From positions 31,682,001 through 31,746,000 of the forward strand of contig NC_043002.1 in assembly GCF_006345805.1 (NCBI RefSeq): a DNA stretch of 64,000 nucleotides, read 5' to 3'. The translations under genes were made by a program, and so were the position numbers. How positions within the stretch are numbered: the stretch's first letter is position 1; each line of letters begins with the position of its first letter. Of the stretch, positions 1 through 14,078 are shown piece after piece. The stretch comes from Octopus sinensis (taxonomy: Eukaryota). The notes beneath the pieces are model-generated. The model ran no database searches, had not been told where the DNA came from, and was given only the letters and a program-made list of their open reading frames with translations.

Positions 1-402
1 AGACCATTTAAATCTTAAAGACAAATATTAACAACCCGAGATCGACAGTGTAACCTCCACTCAATAAATTGAAATCTTGAGACGAAAAATAAAAGCATAA
101 ATAAAAAAAATAGAATAAGTTACTATAAAAAATACCCATAAAATAGTGTTGGACGGTCCATGTATTGCAAGAGATAGAAAAGAGGTTGAGATTTTATCTT
201 TTTTTCAATAAAAGTTATGTAACAATGTCTGGAATATCAACATATGTAACGTCGAACAAAGACTTATTATAAATTGTACATGACAAATATAATGATATTA
301 TATATAACAGCAGATGTAAGGGTGGCATTACATACAACATGTCAGCGATACACACACACACGCACACACACACACATTTAAGATATTAAGGAAGTCTTTA
401 TA

Positions 403-858
403 GGCACGGGCGTGGCCGTGTGGTAACAATCTTGCTTCCTAGCCACATAGTACTGGGTTCATCCCACTGCGTGGCACCTTCGGCAAGAGTCTTCTACTAT
501 AGCCTCGGTTAACCAAAGCCTTGTGAGTAGAGTTGTAGATGGGAACTGAAAAAAAAACCGTCGTATATATGTATGTATATGTGAGTGTAAGTGTGTGTGT
601 ATATGTATATATCTATTATATTTATGTGTGTGTGTCTTTGTGTATCTTTTTGGGACACTCATCACCGCTTGATAACTGGGGTTTGTGGTTTTACGTCTCC
701 CTAGCAAAGCAGTTAGTCAAAACACCCCGATAGAATAATTACTGGGCTTAAAAAATAAGTCCTCGGTTCGATTTGTTTGACTAAAACCATTGAAGGCGGT
801 ACTCCAGCATGGCCGCAGTGAAATGACTGAAAAGGGAGAATAATAAAAGAATGAAAGA
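403..858 (+). mobile_element. tRNA-derived SINE, family A (full length, diverged; internal TA/TG microsatellite)
   Basis: Head ggcacgggcgtggccgtgtggtaa...gggttcatccca (A/B-box like); tail gaaggcggtactccagcatggccgcagtgaaatgactgaaa; homologous to copies at 26125, 26756, 49514, 57008. Confidence 0.85.
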
Positions 859-894
859 ACAATTATGCTAAGAATAGCACTGCAATATTTATTT

Positions 895-1640
895 CATATA
901 CGTATAGATGTAAGTATGTACATATACGTATGTATACATATATATATATTATTTATTCTAACTATATGATTGAACACCATGCATCCTCTTCCAAGTAAGT
1001 TTTATTTCAATAATTCTGACTGGCATTCTATACGATCTTTTTACTCTTTCATTTTTCTGTCTTTCTCTCTCTTATTCTTTTACCTCCTCTTCTCCCACTA
1101 TTCTATCCTATTACACTGTCACTCTCTCTCCTTCACCCCTAATCCCTTGCTCACGTGGCTCCCACGTGACCATCGGCCTTTTTTCTCTCCTAACTTGTGT
1201 TTCTTTCTCTCCGTTGTCACTGGAACAAGGAAGATGTGCCCTTGTCTGTCTCCTGTCCAATCTAGATTTACGCGTTCGCCACCATAACCTTGCTTAGGTT
1301 TAGCAGCCCTTCCCTTTTGTTTTCACTGTCCTGTTTGTGTTACCAATTTTGATCTTCAACAAAATTCCGACTTTCATTTAATTTGCTTTGCGGGAGCAAC
1401 TGTTTCATCGAAAGCGTATATTGTTGTTAAATGCTCGAAATACGTGAGTAGAAAAACAGTCAACGACTGATGAAGTGTCATTTTATATGTTGTTCTCTTG
1501 TTTTCCATTTGTGTCCTTCGTTCGTATTCTACGTACTCGTACTTCGTATTTTTTTGTACACGTTTCATGACGTCCTGTGCCCACATATGCATATATATAC
1601 ACGAATAGATGTATGTACATATACATATGTATACATGCAT
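895..1640 (+). repeat. Interspersed repeat with short terminal direct repeat (tagatgta..gtatgtacatata); possible Penelope pLTR-derived
   Basis: 1380-1640 aligns with 60186-60440 and loosely with the reverse complement of 2400-2830; all three keep cgaaa...ctgatgaag. Confidence 0.55.
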
Positions 1641-1669
1641 ATATATATTATCTATATATATATATATAT

Positions 1670-1739
<70 letters not shown>

Positions 1740-1796
1740 GAGAGAGGAGCAGATAGATAGATAGAGAGATAGATAGATATGCATATTCATATGTAT

Positions 1797-1871
<75 letters not shown>

Positions 1872-1909
1872 CGCACACATACATGTATTTATCTATGTGC
1901 GTCAATTTG

Positions 1910-2090
1910 TGTATATCTTTGAATATCGTTTGACAACCGGTGTCGATTTCGTTTACGTCCCGATAAACTGGCCGTTCCGCACAGTGACCGATGGCATAAG
2001 TACCAGGCTCAAGATGTAAAGTACTAAAGTACTAATCGACTAAAACCCTTTAAAGTGGTGCCTAGCATAATTGCACTCCAAATACTGAAT
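1910..2090 (+). mobile_element. SINE family A, diverged 3' half
   Basis: ttgacaaccggtgtc...tttacgtccc...gaccgat..ataagtaccaggct...cgactaaaaccc..aagtggtgcctagcat matches the family A tail. Confidence 0.6.
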
Positions 2091-2338
2091 CATGCACACA
2101 TTGAAAAATGTATATATGCACTCACAAACACGCACACACATACACATACGTATATGTATGTGTATGTGTGCGGTGTGTGTGTGTGTGTGTGTGTGAATGT
2201 ATACTTATATTCTGTTATTCTTTTATTCTCTTGTTTCAGCCATTTCAGTGAGGCCATACTGGTGCACCTCCTTAAAAGGTTTTAGTAGAACTATTTCACC
2301 ACAGAAACTCAAAAAACATAAAGACACACACATAATAT

Positions 2339-2383
<45 letters not shown>

Positions 2384-2399
2384 TAACAATTTAACAATG

Positions 2400-2830
2400 A
2401 AACATATGCATACATACATATATGTACATACCTACATCTATATGTATATATACATACATATATATATATGAGTACAGGACACCACAAATAAACGTAGAAC
2501 ACAACGAGAAACGAAAACATAAAACCAAACAAGGAAACGGACTTGTTCTAACAACGAAAAAACAGAGTACAAGACAAACAATACAAGGAATATTCCCCTT
2601 CATCAGCTGCCCCTGATTCGATTCAATGCGTGTTTCGAAGGTTAGGGCAGAACACGATCCGGCCGATGCGGTCTTCCTGCAAAATGAATTAAATAAAATT
2701 CTTTTGCAGTGGGGTAAAAAAAGAAGAAAATGTGACAAGAACAGGACGTAAAAGCAATACAAATAAAAATACAGTACACATAAAGAATAAAAACAGGACA
2801 AGGAAACCAATATTGAGGGCTTTTTTAAGC
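2400..2830 (-). repeat. Diverged relative of the 895-1640 repeat
   Basis: The reverse complement shares gtcctgt...ttatttaatt..ttttgc.gga...cgaaa...ctgatgaag...gtcctgt..catat...tagatgta.gtatgtacat. Confidence 0.5.
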
Positions 2831-2968
2831 CTAGACGGTGGAAAAATTCGTTGGAACGCAGTTCAGAAGATCGATTTGGGACTGAACCCGGAAGCTTCTT
2901 ACTACTCAGCCATGTATGTATATGTATATATACATATCTGTGCCTATATATGTAAATGTATATAGATA

Positions 2969-3033
<65 letters not shown>

Positions 3034-4512
3034 GCATATGAATATACATATATTTATATTAATGATTTTTGTTGCATATACATAGATACACATATACATG
3101 TAAAGTTATACATACATATATACATATATGTGTGTATATATATACAATATATATACATACACACACACTCACGCACATATACACACACACGCACGCACGC
3201 ACGCACACACACACATACACATATATATATATATACTCAGCGAGCAATTTGAATGGGAAGAAATCAATACCAACAACAGCCATCAGTAATAACAGAATAG
3301 ACAATATGGTCACAAAAATAAGAAAATAAATATATATTAAGCATTTCAAATATAATAGTAAACAAGCATATAACCATTAATCATTTGTAGTTTATCATCG
3401 ATCAATAAAGTATGTTGCTATTGATATATTACATCGTAATGTTAACATTTGTTGACTATCAGCTTTTGTCACGTCCGAAAATGATACTCAATTCCTGTTT
3501 TTCACTAAAATGGCTTCTGTTTGTTATTGAATTAATATTATTAATACCAAATCTGGTATTTTATTTTATTTTATTTTATTTTATTTTTAAAATACGTATT
3601 GCATTAAATTATGTTGCAAGACAAACGAATCGTTACAGATATCCTTAGATTTATCTCTGACCGCGTTTGTTGGACGAATTGCGCATTTAATTCGTTTGGT
3701 GAAGCTAAGGTTGAAAATTGAGTAAACTATTTAAACTAACAACAACAAAAGTAATGCAGTGAGACGAGCGAGCTATTCTATCGTTGATACTATGTATAAC
3801 GTACTGTTATATGATTTTTTTTAATATCATGTTTGTGAATATCTCTATGTGCGTGTATCCGTGATCATACAATTATTTATGTGTGTATATCAACGTCTTT
3901 ATTCATGGGTATATTTTCTGTAATCTGGAGAATGATGCTAGTATGAAAAGAAATATTGCCTGCGTTTACTCACCAAATTTCCCATGGCATCATTTCCAAA
4001 GCCAAGAACTCAAAAATTAATTGAAAAGAAAAAAAAATTACCAAAATAACTATCCCTTAATCTTAAAAGCTGTAGCCTCTTGAAGAAATTATGTATACGA
4101 TCATCTGCTTATAATTGCCATTAAAATACTAATTTCTATAAAAGTCTTTGAAACAACAATATAATATTTGAGCAAAATGAATCCCAATGAACCTTATTAA
4201 ATTAAATATGCGCTCGATATGTCAGCAAAACAAATCTGAGAACGATTTGGAAGAGAGCACAAAAAGTTATGGAATATTTTGTGTCATTCAGCTATCCAGC
4301 GGAATTAGTGATATTGTAAAAATGCAGTGAAACAAAATATTCCAGGACACGTTTCGAAATCAACAACGTCTTTAATAAGTTTACATTTGGAACTATATTT
4401 ATTGGGTGCTATTGATTAACTAATAGAAAAAATTACGTTATATATCTTGCAACGTAGAAAGTTTAAGGCAAAGAAAGAGAAAAGCTGGTAAATGAAGCTA
4501 TAATATTATATA

Positions 4513-4897
4513 CTTTTTATGAAAAGTCTGGCTGCATCCGAAAAAACATAATTATGAAACAAAAATACACACAAAATTTATTACACAAATCTGTTACCAC
4601 CACGACCGTCAACTATTTGACGCCGAACACGAGTTTGATGTTGAATACATCCACAAATTTTCCGCTCAGATAGCTCTTTCCAAGACTGCAAGACGGCTTC
4701 GTGCAATTCATGCTTCGTTATAGGGTTTTTGAGTTCAACTTTACCGGCCAAAACTTTGAAAATGCCTTCATCTAATGGATTCCACGTGCAAACATGTGTT
4801 GAATAGAACTCACTGAATAAATCTTAATTAACTGTGTTGTCAATTGTATGCGACTGACATATGCTAACGTGTATGCAGCCAGACTTTTCACACAGAG
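4513..4897 (-). mobile_element. Non-autonomous Tc1/mariner deletion derivative
   Basis: TIR core tgaaaagtctggctgcat / atgcagccagacttttca. Minus strand encodes a transposase C-terminus: NPLDEGIFKVLAGKVELKNPITKHELHEAVLQSWKELSERKICGCIQHQTRVRRQIVDGRGG. Confidence 0.8.
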
Positions 4898-5962
4898 GAT
4901 AGATTATAAATTCTAGTATGCAATGTTTAGCAGGAAATTTGGTCATGAAGCTAAGTCAGTATATTGACTCATATTTATATTAATAAGTATATTTCATACA
5001 TACGAACATTGTGAGAAAGAAAGAAATGCATGCAAAGAGAAATACCAAAGCACACATGGGATACAGGACATTCACATCCACAAATATACACGCGTGTGTA
5101 TATATATGTGTAATATATACACATATATTCATTTATATATAATATATATTTATATAATATTCCTATATGAATAGAGATACGCCAGCACATACACACATAA
5201 CATACATGCACACACATAGTTACATGTTTGTATAAGTATGTGTGTGTGTGGTGCGTGCGTAATACTGATGTATGTACAGGGATTCTTATTTCAGAAAATA
5301 CGCTGAAATTAATACTAATCGGCTTCTTTGAAATTTATCAACTTGAGTTCATCCACCTGGAATGTTTGCATGCGTCGATATATTTTCCAGGTTCGATATA
5401 GCTAATTTCGTATTTGTCCGGTAAGTTTAACTTATTAAACATAATGTTGCAAGGATTACAAACTGAATTAGTACCGCTTTCAATGTCAGATTCAAAACGA
5501 AATTTTAAACTGGCTTTAATTAATAGTTTTACGGTAGTTAAAAAAAATATAATAAATAATAACCTTAAACTTTCGTTCTCTAATTTCAACTCATTGACGC
5601 AGAAGAAAGAAACTGACAAAAAAAAAAATAAATGAGAGAAAATCCTGGCACGGTCATGTTGATTAATTGTTCGTTTCTTGATTGTTCTCTATTGAAATGA
5701 ATTTAACGAGATTTTAGAACCAAAGAAAAGTTTTGGTTAAATACTCTCACTTAATTAGTAGCTATCGTTATTTATAGATTAATTATCCAATTTTATAGTT
5801 TTATACTGATACGATGATATATATTGATTCAAGAATACAAACACAAGGCACGAGAATTCATATATAAATTTGTATACACATACATATATATATATATGTA
5901 CACATATATACATATACACACATATATGTATATATAATATATCTGTCTGTGTGATATATATA

Positions 5963-6009
<47 letters not shown>

Positions 6010-6120
6010 CAATGCTAGGTGTGGTTGCATGCGTATTTATACATGCATACGTAAATGCATTGGCACACACGAATATATGAGTGTCTGTGTGTGTGTGTGC
6101 CTGAGTGTGTATGTATCTGC

Positions 6121-6158
<38 letters not shown>

Positions 6159-6841
6159 TGTGTGATCGTGTAAACATATGAACACACGTTTGTATTTAGA
6201 TGTAGGCAGATTCGTAAATGTGTATCTATCTTTATTTGTTTGACTACAAATCAACCAAAGATATATGTGTGTCGGAAAGCAAATGTAATGGCGACATGAT
6301 GCACACTTATACAAAACTTATATCTATCATTTTCATATAATATAGGCATGTATTTATGTTGTGTAGAACATTTCTGAGTATAAATGAACAAAAATTATTC
6401 AACACCATAATTTAAGATTTTTTAAGTCACATTTCACGCTACCAATTTCCAAACTATTAAATAAACGAATCAACTGTCCACCTCGCTAATTGTTCGAGAA
6501 GATACGATACTTTGTCTTTAAACGAAGCCAGACACACTTCTACATCTTTTGGGAAAACTGAACAGAATCGATCACTGAATTCACCCTCAGTGATTTTCAA
6601 TGAGAATCATGAAATTCTGTAATATTGATTGAAAGTTTGTGAATAGGGGACATATAAAGCAACTTCATATCACGACTGAAGAAAAACATTTCATAGTTAT
6701 GTGATGGTTTTGTGTGATGAATCAGATTTCGAAATTTACAAATAAATTCATGCTCGACGAACATTTATCCTTATATATTGTTACGCTTATTGCCTTTAAA
6801 TATATTGGCAAATATTAGAAATAATAATCGACGGGCCTCTT

Positions 6842-6893
6842 CTACTACTACTACTACTACTACTACTAATAATAATAATAATAATAATACTAA

Positions 6894-6926
<33 letters not shown>

Positions 6927-6966
6927 CACCACTACAACTAGAAACACAATTACTACTACCGCCGCC
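6842..6966. repeat. Compound trinucleotide microsatellite (ACT/AAT/ACC)
   Basis: Directly visible. Confidence 0.9.
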
Positions 6967-8257
6967 ATTATGCTGAATTTGCTTGCCAAAGACATAATGT
7001 AAATTACATTCGTTACAGTACGAGAATATATGGGAAGTAAACCAACAAAAGATGTCTCTTTCTCCCAAATGGAAACAAAGTGTTATAAATGGCTAAAAGT
7101 GTTGCCAGGACAATCTACATGTGCTGTAGGAAATGGTGATGAAATACTGTGGAGTCAACGTGTAAATTCAGTTGAAATGTTTTTGAAACATATGTGGAGA
7201 GAGATGTAAAATCTACAAATAATTCGAAAGTATGACTGCTGCAGGAGACAAATGGGTAAAATCTTAGTCCAATTATTATGTTTTAAATTAAAACTGAGTT
7301 TTAGGTAGAAATATATAATATTAGCTGTGGAAATCTATCTGTAGATGTCTGTTACTTGATAATTTATTAGTAAAGTATGTACTAGTATCCTTCATGTTAT
7401 GAGCCAATGAATGTGAATGATTCCTTTATAGATGAAAAGTAATCGTCACTTCTATTATTTTAAAAATAATTTCGGTTTACAGCTTAGAGATCGTCTCAAA
7501 AGAAAAGTAGGAATATCTAACGCTTCAAGTTGTATTCAAAACATATCCTTCGATAATTCATGTATTTGTATGAGATTATTTTTCTCTAAGCAGATACCAA
7601 AATAGGACAGGTAGCGTGTAAAGTATTGTTAGTAGTCTTCTGGAGAGGTGAAAGTAAATGTTAGGTAGTCTCTAATACGAGGCATGGGCCGAATACTTGA
7701 AGTAGGACCGAATCCACTAAAGTAACCTAACAATTTGAATGTGGCATTAAATCAGTTTGACATTGTGTAACTTAAGCCACTTCAGACTCAGATGACATGA
7801 CGATGGAAACACATAATAGAATGTGATAGAATATATTTTGAGGAATAAACACTTCCCGAAAGTACTTTGTTTGAACTGTTAATTAAAGCTTGAAATTCAA
7901 AAACAATTTTGATTGTACCTGGCATGAAATAATTGAAGTAGCAAACCTTAATGATTTTATATGGGAGGCCACCGAGTTCGTGTAACGATCAAAAATTAAA
8001 TATATGAATTAAGGTAATAATCATTGATGTGAAAAATGCATATATATGTTCTAATATGTTAATACATACATATGTGTGGGTGGGTGCATGTGTTTATGTA
8101 AGCATGTTTGTGTATAAGTGTTCTTATTCGCATTTGCAAATATACCTGTATACAATCAGCCTAAGAACGAATATAGGTAAATGACTGAAACAATTAAAAG
8201 AGTAAAAGAGGGAAAGAATACCCACACGCACAAATAGACACACGAACGCCCCCCCCC

Positions 8258-8289
<32 letters not shown>

Positions 8290-8349
8290 ATAGAAATATT
8301 AAAATTACTAAGTCTCTATAAAAGAGATTACGACAGCGTTTACTGGAAG

Positions 8350-8588
8350 TTAATTGTTATCGCCATGTTAATATGGTATTCTTATAGATATAAGAATAAT
8401 CGCTGCCGCTGGTCAGCTCCATGAGGCCACCGCCTTAAGATAGCTATTGATACACGATCTGTATCCATAATGGATACAGATCGTGTATCAATAGCTATCT
8501 TAAGGCGGTGGCCTCATGGAGCTGACCAGCGGCAGCGATTATTCTTATATCTATAAGAATACCATATTAATATGGCGATAACAATTAA
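8350..8588. repeat. Near-perfect palindrome, 118-bp arms, 3-nt loop
   Basis: ttaattgttatcgcc...gtatcca|taa|tggatac...ggcgataacaattaa; one mismatch seen. Confidence 0.95.
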
Positions 8589-10395
8589 AATATATATATA
8601 TATATACACATCATATAACATAAGCCATGTGTATATAATTGAGATAGCAAAAATGTGCACGTGATTCGCTGACTGGAATCTGTGATCCATCAGTAAAAGA
8701 TATAAAGAAACCATCTCGCTTCTCAGGAGAATATTTTTTTAATGGATTATTGGATGCAGTTGTGATACACATAATTGTGACAAACAATCAGCGGACGTGG
8801 AAATAATCTTAAACTGGAACACATAAAAGACAGCCTAAGACCTTCGAGCGATGGGCTATACTGAGAGACACCCATCCCCGAGAGCAAAGGCAAGATAATA
8901 TATATACATGTATGTGTGTGTTTATGTGTATGCGTATGTATGTATGTGTGTATAAATGTATCACCATATGCAACAGAAACAGTATCAAATGAAAATACCT
9001 GCTTATGGTATTTGATGTAGATATATTGCGATATATCTATAAGGAGATACGGGGATTCTAATCACACACTCACACACACATGTACACATACACATGCATA
9101 CGTATGTATGTATCTATGTATGTATGTATGTATGTATGTATGTATGTATGTATGTATGTATCAAAAGTTAATCATACAGAAAACAAGGAGAAAAAGTTAG
9201 ATGAAAGCAGTGGAAACGGAAAATTAGAAGAAAACTTAACGGGCGGGACATTTAAGCAGAAACACGATACACGGAATATTCGTAGCTCATTTCTTCGTTA
9301 GTCAATATTGTAGTGGCTTCGCGCCATTTACCATTGAGACCACAAAATTTTGGAGGCACCAGAGCATTAACATTCTCGGAAAAACAGTAGCAAATGTATA
9401 TTAAGATAGAAAGAAACAAGACATTATATAAATACAACAGACAAAGAATTATGAATATATAACAATACGAAGTCTTACAGCTACATAAAACAGAAGAAAA
9501 AAGAAGATACATATAAGAGATACAACAGAAAGAGCTTTTTAGCTATCCAGTCGGGTGGCGGAAAAATCCTGAATGACCTGGCATGGATTCAATTCACACA
9601 CAACACTAGAAAACATCATATAGAATAAGAAACCGAAAAAAGTCTAGAAATCAGAGTACCATTACTCGCTAAAATCTTTGCTGAAAAACCATTGATTTCT
9701 TCAAGTTATACTTATGTATGTACTACAATATCATAAATATCATACAATATTATATATAATATACCTCAGAGATATATATTTACAAATTTTTATCTTCTTG
9801 AGCATAAAAAATGATATGCTCATATTAATAACCTCTGCCTAACGACTAGTAAGATTTAACTGATGGCACCACAGCGCCAAACCAGACTGTTGTTGTGAAA
9901 AGCTACAGCTAACTAAGCGGTACAGAATTCAATTCGTAATCTCATATTTAAATACATTTCTTATATTTTTCACTGAAAAAGACAAGAAAAAAATAACTTG
10001 GATCTCATTAAAATAGATTTATAGACCCAAACACATACACCGGAAGCATGCACACTCACATTTATATGTTAATATAATATGTTTCTATGAGTGAAAGAGG
10101 GTATAGTTACAGCTACATGAATATTTATATATCAAACAAGCACACCTCAAAATATGTACGTTAACGCACATGTATATGAATATGTGTGTGGGTATTCTAA
10201 AATTGTACTCAATGCAACAGAACATTGTACTCAATGCAACAGTACATTTACTTATTGTATACTCATACGCATATATACTCTCATATATACATACGTGCAT
10301 ATATGCTTATACATATATATGTATATACACATATATGTATACATATATATATATTTGCATATACATACAGATATATATGTATATACATATATACA

Positions 10396-10550
10396 TGGTT
10401 GTGTGGTAAGTAGCATGCTTACCGACCCCATGCTTATGGGTTCAGTCCCACTGCGTGACACCTTGCGCGAATGTCTTCTACTATAGCCTCGGGCAGACGA
10501 AAGCCTTGTGAGTGGATTCGGTAGGCGGAAACTGTGAGAAGCCTGTATAT
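10396..10550 (+). mobile_element. SINE family A, 5' half
   Basis: tggttgtgtggtaagtagc...gggttcagtcccactgcgtg...aaagccttgtgagtggatt. Confidence 0.8.
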
Positions 10551-10807
10551 ATATATATATATGTGTGAGTGTATGTTTGTGTGTGTATAAGTGTTTATGT
10601 ATATATATATATATATATATACATATATCTATCTATCTCCTTCTCTCTCTCTCTCTCTCTAAATATATATATATATTGATAAAAATGTAAAAATGGTACG
10701 GCAACAAAAGAATGAAAGAGACCCTGTTATTATGTAAATAGAGGAATTTATTTGTAGATGTAATATATGACCGTTTATATATCAGTAACCATGATAAAAC
10801 ATATTAC

Positions 10808-11035
10808 ATGTAAATGTAATATGTGACAATTATTCGGTAGCGATGGTGAAACTCCGAGTGTCAGATACCGAGGTGGAAATCCACGCCGCCATCTCTTCAG
10901 TTATCCGGCCATCGGAATAACATAGCATCTTTCCGATGGCCGGATGACTAAAGAGATGGCGGCATGGATTTCCACCTCGGTATCTGACGCTCGGTGTTTT
11001 ATCATGGCTACCGAATAATTGTCACATGTTACATT

Positions 11036-11040
<5 letters not shown>
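10808..11040. repeat. Imperfect palindrome (110-bp arms, 13-nt loop) of an HHR-bearing repeat family
   Basis: Arms pair symmetrically about 10924; the same unit occurs singly at 24958-25125. Confidence 0.9.
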
Positions 11041-11079
<39 letters not shown>

Positions 11080-11227
11080 CAGTGGGAAAGGTTGAGAGAG
11101 ACAGACAGACATACAAAGAGACAAATGCATATATTCACATACCCACCCACACAGATACAGATGGAAACGTATGAGCAGGTAAGGCTAAACACCATAGAAA
11201 GACAGAATGAACTAAACAGGGGATATG

Positions 11228-11380
11228 TGAGATGGAGAGCCACTGAAGAGGACGCAAGTTGGGTGACGAAAGATTTCAGACAAAGAACACTAAAATGAGA
11301 GCAATAATGAAGCCGAAGTGAAGAACGAGTGTTTATTTGGAAAAAAAGAAACACAATGACATCCCTAAGTATAACAATAT
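11228..11380 (+). repeat. Direct repeat copy 1 with degenerate hammerhead-like motif
   Basis: gatggag..cca CTGAAGA ...gtgac GAAA gatttcagacaaagaac; repeated at 11869-12032. Confidence 0.7.
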
Positions 11381-11727
11381 GTGTTTCAACACGCGATTTC
11401 TTATCAGGAATCTTACAAAACAAATACATTAACGTAATATCACATCACTTATGTATTAATTTGTTTTCTGTTTTTATTCATTCTTAAATCTCACCAATAT
11501 TCTTTTGATTTTCCTGTCTCAATAAGTTTATTTATGTTTCTTTCTCACATTTTTCTTGATTGATCTACAGGACATTCTCTCACGGTTGACATGAGTATGG
11601 TTAATGTGTTTGGTTTAAATTCTGCATAGCCTACTTATGTATATATACGTATATTGTTGTATATATATAATATTATCGGTGTTGTTTTTTCATGGTGTGT
11701 TTTTACCAAGTTTTTTTTTAATTAACA

Positions 11728-11788
<61 letters not shown>

Positions 11789-11868
11789 TATGTGTGTGTG
11801 TGTATGTGTGTGTGTGTGTATGTATGTATACATACATCATACATACATACACAACAAGAGGAGGCATT

Positions 11869-12032
11869 TGGGATGGAGTGTCATTGAAGAAGTCACAGGA
11901 TGTGTGACGAAAGATTTCAGACAAAGAACTCTAAACGAATAATAATAATAATGAAGCCGAAGGGAAGAATGAGTATATAGTGTGTGTGGTTAATTTGCGA
12001 AGATAAATTACCAATCCCAAATGTAACAATAT
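11869..12032 (+). repeat. Direct repeat copy 2 with hammerhead-like motif
   Basis: tgtca TTGAAGA a gtcac-loop-gtgac GAAA gatttc agaca (11879-11923). Confidence 0.7.
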
Positions 12033-12299
12033 ATCACGTGATCACTTGACCGATTAGATTATCGGATGTTACACATGTTGGTCACAATACGCTTTGCATC
12101 GTTTTAGCCATCGAAAAGCGCTCCACACCTCTGGCTAGATGAATGGAATAACATTTCACCCTGTTCAAAATAAGATAGGACCAACGTCAAATGAAGTGTT
12201 TATTTTTTCTCAAAAATATAACGCATCGCCCGGCCTGGGAATCGAACCTACGATCTAGCGATCACGAGTGCTACAGTCTGATCAATACGCCACACGCCT
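12033..12299 (-). mobile_element. tRNA-derived SINE (C-like head, tail type 2), diverged
   Basis: Head ggcgtgtggcgtattg...ggttcgattcccagg; tail ggctaaaacgatgcaaagcgtattgtgacca...gtgatcacgtgat shared with the 25197 copy. Confidence 0.7.
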
Positions 12300-12321
12300 A
12301 ACAATACACACACACACACAG

Positions 12322-12373
<52 letters not shown>

Positions 12374-13088
12374 CATACATGCATACGCACAACCATCCTT
12401 CTATCCATACGTACATTTATACATACATAGATATATGTGTACGTATGTATGTATGTATGTATGTATGTATGTATGTAGGTATGCATATCGCATACGTTTG
12501 TGTTATTCTGGTTGTCAGTATACAGGGGTTACGTTGTTCGATAATCTCCTGACCTTATGTACATTTTAACTTATAATCATATCGATTCTCTGATTTTATA
12601 TTTTTGACACTCATATGTGTTTTCTGTCTACCTTTCAATCTATCTATTCATTTATGTCACGTAACTGCTACAACCTTTTAAATTTATTCAAATTATTTAA
12701 CAATATTAATAATTGCTAATTATTAGTAAGCAAGTTATATTATAATCATTTTTGATTATTAATAATTATGTTATATAACTTGTTATTAATCACTAAGCGA
12801 TTGCATACATTGAAGTCAGTGAAACAACTGTAGAAAATTTAGATAAAGATTTCAAATAGTATTGACATTGTCATGTGTTCCTACTTTCTCAAATATGTGA
12901 CACTAAATATATGTTTTAGCTATTTATAAATTTAATGTCACTTCATATTTGCTTTTCTTATAGTTTCTGCATTGATTTAACGCAATTGTGATTTATCTGC
13001 GATCTGTAATCTGTGAATAATTCTTTTGTGCAGATACAAACTCCTTTCGTACAAACAAACACACACACACACACACTCACAATATTTG

Positions 13089-13166
<78 letters not shown>

Positions 13167-13249
13167 CTCTCTGCCTGTTTATCTATCTATCTCTATCTAT
13201 CGATCGATCTGTCTGATGGTCTATCTGTCCGTGTGTTTGTCTGACTCTC

Positions 13250-13296
<47 letters not shown>

Positions 13297-13308
13297 TATA
13301 TATATATA

Positions 13309-13346
<38 letters not shown>

Positions 13347-13588
13347 TATATATAGTTATATAGTTATATAGTAATATATATCTATATATATATAGTTATA
13401 TATCTATAAATATATATAGGTATATATACATGCATATAGTTAAATATATATAAAAATAAATAAATATAAGAGAGTGGTCACTATGTGGCTCACTCTAGCA
13501 CGGTGCTCACTCGGGGTACTGGGCCACTTGGTGTTGAATAGGTATACTATTAAATTAGTATCTAATTCTCTCACCCTTATTAATTAGT

Positions 13589-13654
<66 letters not shown>

Positions 13655-13674
13655 ATATATATATATTTATATCG

Positions 13675-14053
13675 TGGCACACCTTCGTTTACGACGGCGA
13701 GGGATCCAGGTGATCCGATCAACGGAACAGCCTACTCGTGAAATTAACGTACAAGTGGCTGAACACTCCACAGACACGTGTACCCTTAACGTAGTTCTCG
13801 GAGAGGTTTAGCGTGACACAGAGCGTGGCAAGGTTGGCCCTTTGAAATATAGGTACAACAGAAACAGTAAGAAAGAGTAGGAGAAAGTTGTGGTGAAAGA
13901 GTACAGCAGGGTTCACCACCACCCGCTGTCGGAGCCTCGTGAAGCTTTAGGTGTTTTCGCTCAATAAAGACTCAAAACACCCGGTCTCGAAATCGAAATC
14001 GCGATCCTACGACCGCGAGTCCGCTACTCTAACCACTGGGCCATTGTTCCTCC
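13675..14053 (-). mobile_element. tRNA-derived SINE family B (tail type 1)
   Basis: Head ggaggaacaatggcccagtggttagag; matches 36603-36958 along its length. Confidence 0.85.
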
Positions 14054-14078
14054 ACACACACACATATACATATGTCGC

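Noticed and set aside
5295-5420. Plus-strand AG...GTAAGT exon candidate
   Set aside because: Stops in all three frames and no other support.
6778-7002. Poly-Thr/Asn ORF
   Set aside because: Explained by a trinucleotide microsatellite; no ATG start and no splice support.
9855-9918. CTGATGG...GAAA motif
   Set aside because: The core is altered and stems I and III cannot be built convincingly.
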